A DNA stretch of 64,000 bases from an uncultured Pseudomonadota bacterium (GTDB lineage: Bacteria > Pseudomonadota > Alphaproteobacteria > Rs-D84 > CACZYB01): NCBI GenBank assembly GCA_902785275.1, contig CACZYB010000004.1, positions 1 through 64,000 of the forward strand. Reading direction: 5' to 3'. The translations under genes and the position numbers were made by a program. The notes beneath the pieces are model-generated. The model was not told the origin of the DNA. It made no database searches and saw nothing but the letters and a program-made list of their open reading frames with translations. This document shows, piece by piece, positions 1 through 8,259 of this stretch. Every line of letters starts with the position of its first letter. The stretch's first letter is position 1.

Positions 1-121
1 GATAAATAATCAAAATAGTAAAGAAAAAAGGGTCCTTTTTTGTATATCACTCAAAAATCTTTAATAAATGGCTGTTTCCTGCGAGATACAGAATTTTTGT
101 ATTGCATTTTTATTTGCGGAT

Positions 122-158
122 AAAAAAACTCCCCCGTGTGGAGGAGCTTTTGTTTTTT
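122..158. terminator. Probable intrinsic terminator downstream of rlpA
   Basis: GC-rich hairpin (ctccccc-gtgt-ggaggag) flanked by an A-tract and a T-tract just past the rlpA stop. Confidence 0.6.
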
Positions 159-171
159 AATTTTTTTATTT

Positions 172-1272
172 TTATTTAAGGTTCCATTTAAAGGCGCCAT
201 CTTCTTTCAAAAGAACACGAGAACCTTTTATTCCGGAATCATTTACTTGTTTTTGAACTTTTTCAGCTTCATCTTTTGATGAGAATTCACCAAGTCTTAC
301 TTTGTAAAGAGTTTCTCCATTAACAACTGATTTGAAAATCTTTACAGTTCCAAAGTTTACAAGTTTATCCTTTAATGCTTCTGCTTTTTCATATGTTGAA
401 TATGCAGCAACCTGAACAAAGTATTCGCTTCTGTTTTCTGTTGGAGCAACAGGGGCAGGAGCAGGTACTGGTGTAGGAGCAACTTCTGCTGGAGCAGGAG
501 CTGGTTCTTGAGCAGGTGCAGGAGCTTCTACTTTTGCTTCTGGTTGAATATCATTTGATGAGTAGGAAATGTTTGGTTCATAAATATCTGTATTTTGTGA
601 AGCCATTGCAAGATCCTTTAGGTTCTTACTTTCCTCTGGCAAGATTTCAACACGGACACGTGCAGTGCCTTTTTCCTTTATTTTCAAAACTTCTGCGGCT
701 GCAGATGAAAGGTCAATAATTCTGTCTCTTGCATATGGACCGCGGTCGTTAACCTTTAATGTTATGCCGATACCATTTTCCAAATTTGTTACACGAACAA
801 GTGATGGCATTGGTAATGTTCTGTGTGCAGCAGTGAACTTTGTTTCATCAAATACTTCACCATTTGCAGTTTTTCCACCAGAAAATGATGGGCCGTACCA
901 TGAAGCCATACCAATTTCACTGTAGTTATAATCTTCGTGTGGGTAATATGAAACACCATCGATTAAATATGGATTTCCTATTTTATATGTTCCCATTGCT
1001 GCAAAGTTTGTTTTTGCAACTTCGTTTGGTGTTGTGTCGATAACTGCTTGTGGTTCAGGAAGTGGTTCCTGTATAATAGGTGTTTCCACAGTATTTATTT
1101 CATCAACGACAGTTGGTTGGTTCATACTTCTTATTTTTCCATAACCTTCATCTTGGTTAAGTAAAGCCTGTGATGTAATAGGTGCAGTAGCAGAACCGAT
1201 TGGAATAGTATTTTCACTCATCGCGCAAGAAGCCAATAGTGATAAAGTTAGAATAGATGTGTATTTTCTCAT
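172..1272 (-). CDS. rlpA: Septal ring lytic transglycosylase RlpA family lipoprotein with C-terminal SPOR domain
   Basis: Lipobox LASC; GMASWYG, TANGE, TAAHRTLP, VNDRGP and RIIDLS motifs of the DPBB domain; Pro/Ala linker; SPOR motif YFVQVAAY...YKVRLG. Confidence 0.95.
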   Translation of the reverse strand: MRKYTSILTLSLLASCAMSENTIPIGSATAPITSQALLNQDEGYGKIRSMNQPTVVDEINTVETPIIQEPLPEPQAVIDTTPNEVAKTNFAAMGTYKIGNPYLIDGVSYYPHEDYNYSEIGMASWYGPSFSGGKTANGEVFDETKFTAAHRTLPMPSLVRVTNLENGIGITLKVNDRGPYARDRIIDLSSAAAEVLKIKEKGTARVRVEILPEESKNLKDLAMASQNTDIYEPNISYSSNDIQPEAKVEAPAPAQEPAPAPAEVAPTPVPAPAPVAPTENRSEYFVQVAAYSTYEKAEALKDKLVNFGTVKIFKSVVNGETLYKVRLGEFSSKDEAEKVQKQVNDSGIKGSRVLLKEDGAFKWNLK

Positions 1273-1328
1273 TTTATCTTCTCCTTTTTACAGAACTATA
1301 ATAACACATTTTTGAAGTGTTTACAAGT

Positions 1329-2105
1329 CTATTTTAAATATAAATACAAAATTATTCCAAGTATAATTCGGTAGATAGCAAATGGCTTGAATGATAAATG
1401 TTTAAGCCAGAACATAATGAACCTTATGCTTATAAGCGAAAATATAAATGAAAAGATGCTTATCAATATTAGCGGATATATATTTATTGTTTCTGGATTT
1501 AGTGCGAATTTTAAAATTCCGCCTAGTCCGACAAGGATTATTGTTGGGATGGAAAGCAAAAATGAAAATTTAAGAGCGTCTTGTCTTTTGTATCCTAACA
1601 TCAAAGCACAGGTTAGGGTGGTCCCGCTTCTGCTTGAACCAGGGATTGATGCAAATGTTTGTGCAGATCCGATAAGAAAAGCATCCCTTAATGAAAGCTT
1701 TTTTATCGTTAAATCCTTTTTACCGAATTTATCGGCGAGAAAGAAAATTGTTCCGAAGATAAGACTTGTGTATATAACAATTCTTGGGTCCCTGAACTTT
1801 ATTTTGAATAGTACAAATATTATGCCGATAATTACGATAGGAATTGTTGCAATGAATAGATTATAAAACATTGAACGATCGTACTTTTTGTTAAATAGGC
1901 TTATGATAATATCTTTGATATCTTTTCTGTAATAGAACATTACCGCCAATAAAGAGCCAATATGTGCGAATAAATCGGCAATTATTCCCTGATCCTTTAT
2001 ATCAAACAGTATTGGAAAAAGCATAAGATGTGCAGATGAACTTATTGGCAAAAATTCAGTAATTCCCTGTATTAAAGATAATAAAATAACTGTTTGAAAG
2101 GTCAT
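1329..2105 (-). CDS. uppP: Undecaprenyl-diphosphate phosphatase
   Basis: QGITEFLPISSSAH and PGSSRSGTT motifs; polytopic membrane protein. Confidence 0.95.
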   Translation of the reverse strand: MTFQTVILLSLIQGITEFLPISSSAHLMLFPILFDIKDQGIIADLFAHIGSLLAVMFYYRKDIKDIIISLFNKKYDRSMFYNLFIATIPIVIIGIIFVLFKIKFRDPRIVIYTSLIFGTIFFLADKFGKKDLTIKKLSLRDAFLIGSAQTFASIPGSSRSGTTLTCALMLGYKRQDALKFSFLLSIPTIILVGLGGILKFALNPETINIYPLILISIFSFIFSLISIRFIMFWLKHLSFKPFAIYRIILGIILYLYLK

Positions 2106-2229
2106 TTTTTTCTCCTGTCTAAAAAAAGCTTGTCTTATTTAAGCTTTTTTGATATAATGGGGTATTATACAGTAATATTTTTTGATATTCTATTACTATT
2201 TTTATTTTTTAATATTGCGGAGTTGTTAA

Positions 2230-2796
2230 ATGGCAAAAAATGAATGGGAAATTACAGTTGGTGACTATGTCGTATATCCTACACACGGTGTTGGTCAAGT
2301 AAAAGAAATAACTGAAGAGGTAATTGCCGGCTTTAAAATTGAGTTTTTGGTTATATTGTTCGCAAAGAACAGAATGACTTTGAAAATACCTGTTGATAAA
2401 ATTGAAGTTTCTGGATTAAGAAAACTTTCCAGTGAATATGAAATCAAAAAAGCTATTGATATTATGAAAACTGCACCACAACAGAAAAGAATTGTTTGGG
2501 CAAAGCGTGCACAAGAATATGAAGAAAAAATTAATTCTGGTGATCCTTTGGTTGTGGCAGAAGTTGTTCGTGATTTGTATAAACGTGCAGACAGAATTGA
2601 ACAATCTTTTAGTGAAAGACAAATTTACGAAGAAGCTTTGGGACGTCTTGCTGATGAATATGCTGCTATTTTCGGACTTCCTTCTGATGAAGCGATTGCA
2701 AAGATTGAAAGTATAATAGAAAAAGAAGATAAAAAGCAACAATCAAATAAAGAAAAAGAAGCTCTTAAGATGGAAGATAAAGATGATGATGAATAA
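2230..2796 (+). CDS. carD: CarD family transcriptional regulator
   Basis: GDYVVYPTHGVG N-terminal motif, conserved Trp (VWAKRAQEYEEKINSGD), SFSERQIYE. Confidence 0.93.
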   Translation: MAKNEWEITVGDYVVYPTHGVGQVKEITEEVIAGFKIEFLVILFAKNRMTLKIPVDKIEVSGLRKLSSEYEIKKAIDIMKTAPQQKRIVWAKRAQEYEEKINSGDPLVVAEVVRDLYKRADRIEQSFSERQIYEEALGRLADEYAAIFGLPSDEAIAKIESIIEKEDKKQQSNKEKEALKMEDKDDDE

Positions 2797-2816
2797 TCGT
2801 TGTTTTTGTTTAAGAT

Positions 2817-2852
2817 AAAAAAGTCCCCATGGATTGATGGGGATTTTATTTT
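2817..2852. terminator. Bidirectional intrinsic terminator between convergent carD and DUF5131 genes
   Basis: Hairpin gtccccat-ggattg-atggggat with A-tract before and T-rich tract after. Confidence 0.7.
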
Positions 2853-2854
2853 GG

Positions 2855-3745
2855 CTATTTATTTTTGTTATCAAACTTTTGTCCGCATTTACCACAGAAT
2901 GAACATCCGTTACATATAAGTCTTGAGCCACAGGTTTCGCAATTTTTACTCCAATGTTTTTGATATATTTCTGTTTCAAACAATGTCTTTGGTAATTCAA
3001 GTTTTATATCTATTGGACGTCCCTTAAATTGAAGGCCGGATTTGTATGCCATTTCACTTTGAAGTCTTTTGTTTGGCATACGGTAAATTTTGCCATCCTT
3101 TTCAAAAATGGTTCCTGTTTCAATAAAGCAAAACATGGTGTTACTTTTTACACATTCATTGTAAAGATCTTTTACCCATTCATATTTGCACATACGGGAA
3201 CCATCATAATTTTCACCACCTGCAATAACTTGTTCTATTATTCCGGTTGAAAGATAATCTTTTAATGAAACAGGTGCAATAAATGGTGCAACCATAACAC
3301 CTTTATGTTTAAAGGGAAGATTAAATAAAATAGGAATTCGTTCATCGGCGCGTTTTTGAGTTTCTGTTGTTACACTGAAAAACACATTTTCCCAACCATC
3401 ACCCCAATCCGGTGGAAGGCAATCTAAAACACGTTCGGGTCTTTTTGTAAGAAGAGAAAATTCAACATCTGGGCGTTGTTTTATTATTTTCCAAATGTCT
3501 TTACGCCATTCATCTGCTTCGGTAAGGAAAAAATCAGATGTAAGGCAAACACGGATATGTTCACCACTTTTTACCTTGTATGAACCGTCTTTGTTTTTAT
3601 GAAGAGGGTAATTGAAATTATTTTTTACCTTATAGATTTTGGAGCCGTCTTGGTTACGTTGTTTATCCAAAAAATACATATAGCAATGGTTACAACCTTC
3701 ACTTTTTTTTATGCAACCATGCCATGGATTCCAGATATCGTGCAT
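2855..3745 (-). CDS. DUF5131 (phage Gp37/Gp68-like) radical SAM-type protein with C-terminal Cys cluster
   Basis: WNPWHGCxKxSEGCxHCY (CX6CX2C), SDFF, LLTKRPER, IAGGEN motifs; C-terminal CETCGSRLICNGCSFCGKC. Confidence 0.88.
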   Translation of the reverse strand: MHDIWNPWHGCIKKSEGCNHCYMYFLDKQRNQDGSKIYKVKNNFNYPLHKNKDGSYKVKSGEHIRVCLTSDFFLTEADEWRKDIWKIIKQRPDVEFSLLTKRPERVLDCLPPDWGDGWENVFFSVTTETQKRADERIPILFNLPFKHKGVMVAPFIAPVSLKDYLSTGIIEQVIAGGENYDGSRMCKYEWVKDLYNECVKSNTMFCFIETGTIFEKDGKIYRMPNKRLQSEMAYKSGLQFKGRPIDIKLELPKTLFETEIYQKHWSKNCETCGSRLICNGCSFCGKCGQKFDNKNK

Positions 3746-4158
3746 TAATCCTTCATTTCTTTTTCAGAAGATTTAAGCATTTCCTCTATATGTTGGATAT
3801 ACTTTTTGGATGTTTCTTTTTCATCGAAACCAAGTTCATATTTATCACCAAATATTGCCAAAGGTACGGCACCAGCATTTGCAATATTTAATTTTTTTGC
3901 ATAGTGGAAGTAATAGTTTGCACCAACCTTTGTTGAGGCATTATGTTTTGTAATTATTAAATTTTTGTATTTTGGAGCAACTTCTTTATCCAAAAATTCC
4001 AATGCGTGGTGGCAATGAGGGCAAGTTGGGCTGTAAAACAAAATCATTTCGTTTTTATTATCCCCGCCAATTGCAGTTTTTGAATTTAGTGTAAATAGAC
4101 CACACATACAAACAAATCCGAGTAATACGATGTTTTTTAATAGCTTTATTTTTTTCAT
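3745..4158 (-). CDS. Exported or membrane-anchored thioredoxin/glutaredoxin-like protein
   Basis: Hydrophobic N-terminus, FYSPTCPHC active-site motif, cis-Pro motif AVP; stop overlaps the next ATG (TAATG). Confidence 0.8.
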   Translation of the reverse strand: MKKIKLLKNIVLLGFVCMCGLFTLNSKTAIGGDNKNEMILFYSPTCPHCHHALEFLDKEVAPKYKNLIITKHNASTKVGANYYFHYAKKLNIANAGAVPLAIFGDKYELGFDEKETSKKYIQHIEEMLKSSEKEMKD

Positions 4159-4235
4159 TTTTCATCCTCTCTGGTAATAATCTTAAATATAAATCAAATT
4201 TATCTTTTTGGCTAGTATTTTTTTTAATTATTTGG

Positions 4236-4264
4236 TTGACAAATTATTTTATTTCTATTATATT
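4236..4264 (+). promoter_or_regulatory. Sigma70-type promoter of the LysM gene
   Basis: TTGACA (4236-4241), 17 bp spacer, TATATT; the TTG used as ORF-track start is this -35 box. Confidence 0.6.
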
Positions 4265-4295
4265 TTTGTCAAAATCGACAAAAGAGGTGTTTACA

Positions 4296-5855
4296 ATGAA
4301 GAAAGTTAGCAAAAAGAAGTCATTAAATAAAGTATCAAAAATAATAATGAGGCTTATTTTAGCAGGTTTGTTGGTATCGACTGTTGCAAATAATGTTCAA
4401 ATTTCAAATATTAAGGAAAAACAGAAATCCGAAGATGAAAATATTGAACTTATCAATGAAAAAATTGAAAAGTATGAAAAACAGATTCAAATTATGATTG
4501 ATCATGAAGAGCTTCAGAATGAAAATGTTGGTAAGCTGATTACTCTTGTTGATAATATGAAAGCTTTGGTTGAAAATGAAAGTAAGCCGGTTGTTGTTGA
4601 AAATGTTTCTGAAAATGCAGAGGTAAAAAATTATGATTTTGTTTCTGATTCATTTATTTATAGTGTGCAAAAGGGTGATACTCTTTCAGAAATAGTTCGT
4701 GAATATTATGGAAAGTATTCTATCAATGCAATGAAGGCAATCGCTTTGGTAAATAAAATTCGCAATGTTAACGAATTGAAAGTTAATCAAGTTATAGAAA
4801 TACCTTCTGTTGAAAAAGTTAAGGTTATGAAGGATAATGGTGAACTTGAAAGTGTTAATCTTACAAATTGGTACAAGAAGAGTAATGTTATAGCTCCGGC
4901 AAAGACAGAAGATGTTGTTGAAGTTGAAGTAATTAAAGAAACTTCTGCACAAAAGGTTGAGAAAGTTTCAGTACAAGAAGAAACTTCTGCACAAAAGGTT
5001 GAGGAAGTTCCAGTACAAGAAGAAGTTCCTGCACAAAAGGTTGAGGAAGTTCCAGTACAAGAAGAAGTTCCTGTATCAAAGGTTGAGGAAGTTCCAGTAC
5101 AAGAAGAAACTTCTGCACAAAAGGTTGAGAAAGTTCCAGTACAAGAAGAAACTTCTGCACCAAAAGAAGAAAAAGCACCAGTACAAGAAGAAGTTGTTGT
5201 TACTCCGTTTGTTAATGAAAATTTGACTGAAGGTGAAAATGTGGAGTTTGAAGAGGTTGAAGAAATTCTTCCACAGATAGAAAAAATTGATGATACAGTT
5301 TTTGTTAATGATGAGGAAATTTCGGAAAATGCTAAACCTGAAGAATTGGTGGATTTAGAAGTAAAAGATGAAGAAATCGAACTTTCATCATCCATAGAAA
5401 ACTTTGATAACAGCAGATATGATGATGCATATTTCAAGGCTTTTGATTTAAATCTTAACTTTGGTAATTCATTAAGAAATGAAGAAAAAGTTTTGGATGA
5501 AACTGTACCTGTATATGAAAAAGTTGAAGATGAAGATGTGAATATTTCATCATCCACAGAAAGTTTTGATAACGGCAAATATGACGATGCATATTTCAAG
5601 GCTTTTGATTTAAATCTTAACTTTGGTAATTCATTAAAGGATGAAGAAGAAACTTCAAAAGTTTCTACACCTGTATATGAAGGGGTGGGAGAAGATGAAG
5701 ATGGTCTTTTCGATGAAGAAATCCTTAATGATTATAACGGAGAAATATTTTATGAAGAATCAAAAGATGATACCGGTGATGTTATAGAGAAAAAAGTTGA
5801 TGCGGACAAAGATATTTCTGATGTTATTGTTGCGTATGCTTCGAAAGTAAGATAA
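4296..5855 (+). CDS. Membrane-anchored LysM-domain protein with coiled coil and acidic repeat region
   Basis: RBS GAGGTG before ATG 4296; N-terminal basic and hydrophobic anchor; LysM motif YSVQKGDTLSEIV..YYG...IALVNKI...LKVNQVIEIP. Confidence 0.8.
   Translation: MKKVSKKKSLNKVSKIIMRLILAGLLVSTVANNVQISNIKEKQKSEDENIELINEKIEKYEKQIQIMIDHEELQNENVGKLITLVDNMKALVENESKPVVVENVSENAEVKNYDFVSDSFIYSVQKGDTLSEIVREYYGKYSINAMKAIALVNKIRNVNELKVNQVIEIPSVEKVKVMKDNGELESVNLTNWYKKSNVIAPAKTEDVVEVEVIKETSAQKVEKVSVQEETSAQKVEEVPVQEEVPAQKVEEVPVQEEVPVSKVEEVPVQEETSAQKVEKVPVQEETSAPKEEKAPVQEEVVVTPFVNENLTEGENVEFEEVEEILPQIEKIDDTVFVNDEEISENAKPEELVDLEVKDEEIELSSSIENFDNSRYDDAYFKAFDLNLNFGNSLRNEEKVLDETVPVYEKVEDEDVNISSSTESFDNGKYDDAYFKAFDLNLNFGNSLKDEEETSKVSTPVYEGVGEDEDGLFDEEILNDYNGEIFYEESKDDTGDVIEKKVDADKDISDVIVAYASKVR
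4938..5189 (+). repeat. Six tandem 42-bp (14-aa) coding repeats, consensus E(T/V)(S/P)AQKVEEVPVQE
   Basis: Units start at 4938, 4980, 5022, 5064, 5106 and 5148. Confidence 0.92.
5383..5681 (+). repeat. Two-copy 162-bp (54-aa) internal duplication containing YDDAYFKAFDLNLNFGNSL
   Basis: 5383-5475 nearly identical to 5545-5637; acctgtatatgaa at 5507 and 5669 (same 162 offset). Confidence 0.9.
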
Positions 5856-5922
5856 AAATTTTTTGCATTGGATTTTTTTATTGCAAAAATATTAAATTTG
5901 ATAGAATATAAATACGTTCTGT

Positions 5923-5999
5923 GACCTCGTAGCTCAGCTGGATAGAGCGACAGCCTCCTAAGCTGTAGGCCGGCGGTTCGAATCTGCCCGGGGTCACCA
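5923..5999 (+). tRNA. tRNA-Arg (anticodon CCT)
   Basis: Acceptor GACCTCG/CGGGGTC, D-arm GCTC/GAGC, anticodon arm ACAGC-CT-CCT-AA-GCTGT, T-loop TTCGAAT, encoded CCA. Confidence 0.97.
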
Positions 6000-6014
6000 A
6001 AAATTTTACAGTAT

Positions 6015-6027
6015 AATCAAATACTTA
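6015..6027 (+). promoter_or_regulatory. IHF-type binding site next to the att site
   Basis: AATCAAATACTTA matches WATCAANNNNTTR exactly, 15 bp after the tRNA CCA. Confidence 0.5.
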
Positions 6028-6362
6028 CAGTCGTTCAAAATGAACTGCATTTTTCTATCAAAAATCTCCGTTGCCGAATTGCACATAAATTCACGTAAAC
6101 AACCCTAGATTCTACCTTATGTTGACGTTTATTGATATAGTTTTCTCATTGCCGAATTGAATATAAGTGTTCATACAATACATGTTTTTCTTACGAAATG
6201 TCTGAATCCATTTCTCGTTAATTTTCTGCCATTTATATTAAGTTTTTATCATATTATTAATAATGGGTTAAAGCCTTCAACCCATTAATAAATCGTGAAT
6301 CTTTTATATAGTTAAATCAACCAAAGCAATGGTGCTTTGGTAACAATAAAAGGAAATAAAAA

Positions 6363-6581
6363 ATGATAAAATATTTAACTCAACAACAAGTTTCAGAAAT
6401 TCTTAACGTAAAAATTTCTACCCTCAACCACCACAGATGCACAAGAAACAAAAACTTCGATATGCCATATGTGAAAGTTGGACGTGTAATCTTGTTCCCA
6501 GAAGAAAAATTCTATGAATGGCTTCAAGGAAAAACTTTTACTCCAGAAAAAGTTGAAGCAGGAAAACCATTATTGGTTTAA
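6363..6581 (+). CDS. Excisionase-like / AlpA-HTH_17 DNA-binding protein
   Basis: YLTQQQVSEILNVKISTLNHHR...MPYVKVGRVILF...EWL pattern; RBS AAGGA; first gene after the tRNA att site. Confidence 0.8.
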   Translation: MIKYLTQQQVSEILNVKISTLNHHRCTRNKNFDMPYVKVGRVILFPEEKFYEWLQGKTFTPEKVEAGKPLLV

Positions 6582-6851
6582 TTAAGTTATCCGGTTATTC
6601 CGGGCAACTTTACATTTTAATGAGTTCATTTAAAACAATCATTAACTGAACGGTGAACATTGTTTCCAAAACATAATGCAAACGTTGCAGCCATTTTTTA
6701 TCTGTTTGATGCACATTAAACGGCTTATGCAACAAAAAAGTTACCACAAACAAAATAGCTAATAAAATCAATTGATACTGCATTTAAAAACCTCACTTTT
6801 TTGCAAATTAGAGAGGATTTTTTTGAAAATGTCAATTAAAATATTTTTATT

Positions 6852-6877
6852 GCCGAGTTTAACCGCTCGGCTTTTTT
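6852..6877 (+). terminator. Intrinsic terminator
   Basis: GCCGAG-tttaaccg-CTCGGC followed by a T-run. Confidence 0.65.
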
Positions 6878-6964
6878 TATTATCAATATCAACAAGCAAA
6901 ACACGCACGTAGGAGGAAAATATGAAACGTTCAATGATAATTAAAAGAAAACGAAATAAATTAA

Positions 6965-7134
6965 AATTAATTTTTTTATATAAATTCCCGTTTGTTTATT
7001 CGGCAATCACTTTTGCCGCTTTTTCTGTATTATCGGTTAAGGTAAAATACGCCACCAATGTTTTGGTTTCAACTGCTGTTGTCATCATAGCACTTTCCAT
7101 TAAAATTGCTGTTAAAAATTTTTTTATTTTTCAT
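6965..7134 (-). pseudogene. Flavodoxin pseudogene fragment (signal peptide plus N-terminal flavodoxin motif)
   Basis: RBS AGGAG and ATG at 7134, +1 slip in the A-run, then KKFLTAILMESAMMTTAVETKTLVAYFTLTDNTEKAAKVIAE*TNGNLYK; stop at 6998-6996; truncated. Confidence 0.75.
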
Positions 7135-7141
7135 TCTCCTT

Positions 7142-7684
7142 TTAAATTAATTCAGCTATTTTTGTTTCAACGTCTTTCATATCAACCGTCGGTTCAAGGC
7201 GTTCAACCACTTCACCCTGTCGATTTACCAAAAACTTTGTAAAATTCCATTTGATGTCAGATTTCTTATCCCAATCTGGATCTGCCTTTGAAAGCATATC
7301 TGCCAATAAAGAACTTAATTTATGTTCACCAAATCCTTTAAATCCCTTTTGTGATTTTAGATAAGTATAGATTGGTAATTCGTTTTCACCATTCACATCT
7401 GATTTTTTCATCTGATTAAATTTTGTATTATAGTGTAGTTGGCAGAATTGATGAACTTCCTCATCTGTACCTGGTGTTTGATGACCAAATTGATTACAAG
7501 GTATATCAATAATTTCCAAACCTTTACCATGATATTTTTCATAAAGTTTTTCCAAATCTTCGTATTGAGGAGTAAATCCACATCCAGTAGCTGTATTTAC
7601 TATTAATATTACTTTACCTTTTAAATCCATTAGAGATAATTCTGTTCCATCAGATTTTGGAATTGAATAGTCATAAATTGTCAT
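7142..7684 (-). CDS. Glutathione peroxidase family (Cys-type, probably thioredoxin-dependent) peroxidase
   Basis: VNTATGCGFTPQY, PCNQFG, resolving Cys (FCQLHY), KWNFTKFLV. Confidence 0.93.
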   Translation of the reverse strand: MTIYDYSIPKSDGTELSLMDLKGKVILIVNTATGCGFTPQYEDLEKLYEKYHGKGLEIIDIPCNQFGHQTPGTDEEVHQFCQLHYNTKFNQMKKSDVNGENELPIYTYLKSQKGFKGFGEHKLSSLLADMLSKADPDWDKKSDIKWNFTKFLVNRQGEVVERLEPTVDMKDVETKIAELI

Positions 7685-8127
7685 TTTGATATCCTTACTT
7701 TATTAAGTTTAAATAATTTATCTCGCTCACGAACAAGCTCTTTATTCTTAAAAACATTTTCTTCGCCATGTTTTAATGCTTCTTCATAATAACGAATTTT
7801 AAAATCAAGTTTTTTCATAGTTTGTTTCAAAGCCTTAATTTCTTGCTGACATTTGATTTTTTGTTCCTTAAACATTTCAGCGCGTTCAACTAAACTAGAA
7901 TTACCTTTTTTTAACAGATTTATATAGTGTTTTATGTCTTTTAACTGAAGTCCTGTTGATTTAAGACACTCTAACATCATAAGCCAGTTTATATCTGCAT
8001 CTGTAAACTGACGTACACCTGATTTGGCTTTACTAACATTAGGAAGTAAACCTTCCTTATCGTAAAATCTTAAAGTATGGGTTGTTAATCCCATCATTTC
8101 TGCCACTTTTCCAATTGTATAAGTCAT
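7681..8127 (-). CDS. MerR family regulator, NmlR/AdhR subfamily
   Basis: MTYTIGKVAEMMGLTTHTLRFYDKEGLLPNV; W48 and Cys54 in WLMMLECLKSTG, as in NmlR; flanked by NmlR-like operators. Confidence 0.9.
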   Translation of the reverse strand: MTYTIGKVAEMMGLTTHTLRFYDKEGLLPNVSKAKSGVRQFTDADINWLMMLECLKSTGLQLKDIKHYINLLKKGNSSLVERAEMFKEQKIKCQQEIKALKQTMKKLDFKIRYYEEALKHGEENVFKNKELVRERDKLFKLNKVRISK

Positions 8128-8148
8128 TTTTGTCCTCTATTTAACTAA

Positions 8149-8177
8149 AGAATAACCTAAAGTTCGCTTTAAGTCAA
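8149..8177 (-). promoter_or_regulatory. merR/gpx promoter with operator in a 17-bp spacer (autorepression-type)
   Basis: Minus strand TTGACT (8177-8172), 17 bp, TATTCT (8154-8149); imperfect palindrome CTTAAAG-CGAA-CTTTAGG. Confidence 0.75.
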
Positions 8178-8196
8178 ATATTTTTTTTAATAATAC

Positions 8197-8227
8197 TTGA
8201 CTTAGAGCTAACTCTAAGATGTAAAAT
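8197..8227 (+). promoter_or_regulatory. MerR-activated promoter: 19-bp spacer with NmlR/AdhR-type operator
   Basis: TTGACT (8197-8202), 19 bp, TAAAAT (8222-8227); perfect palindrome CTTAGAG-CTAA-CTCTAAG at 8201-8218. Confidence 0.88.
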
Positions 8228-8259
8228 GATTCTTAAGTAAATTTTTAAAGGAGAAAAAT

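Noticed and set aside
1-120. Possible partial gene at the left edge
   Set aside because: No frame gives a recognisable peptide; too short to call
4938-5189. 42-bp repeats as a CRISPR array
   Set aside because: The units are contiguous with no unique spacers, lie in frame within a CDS, and there are no cas genes
4787-5599. 270-aa antisense ORF and other alternative-frame ORFs over the LysM gene
   Set aside because: Ser/Thr/Phe-rich shadows of the GAA/GTT-rich repeat codons; no RBS or motif
6922-7242. 106-aa plus-strand ORF as a complete gene
   Set aside because: After about 13 codons it is the antisense of the flavodoxin relic and gpx; at most its 5' stub is real
7142-7684. Selenocysteine glutathione peroxidase
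   Set aside because: The active-site codon is TGT (Cys); there is no in-frame TGA
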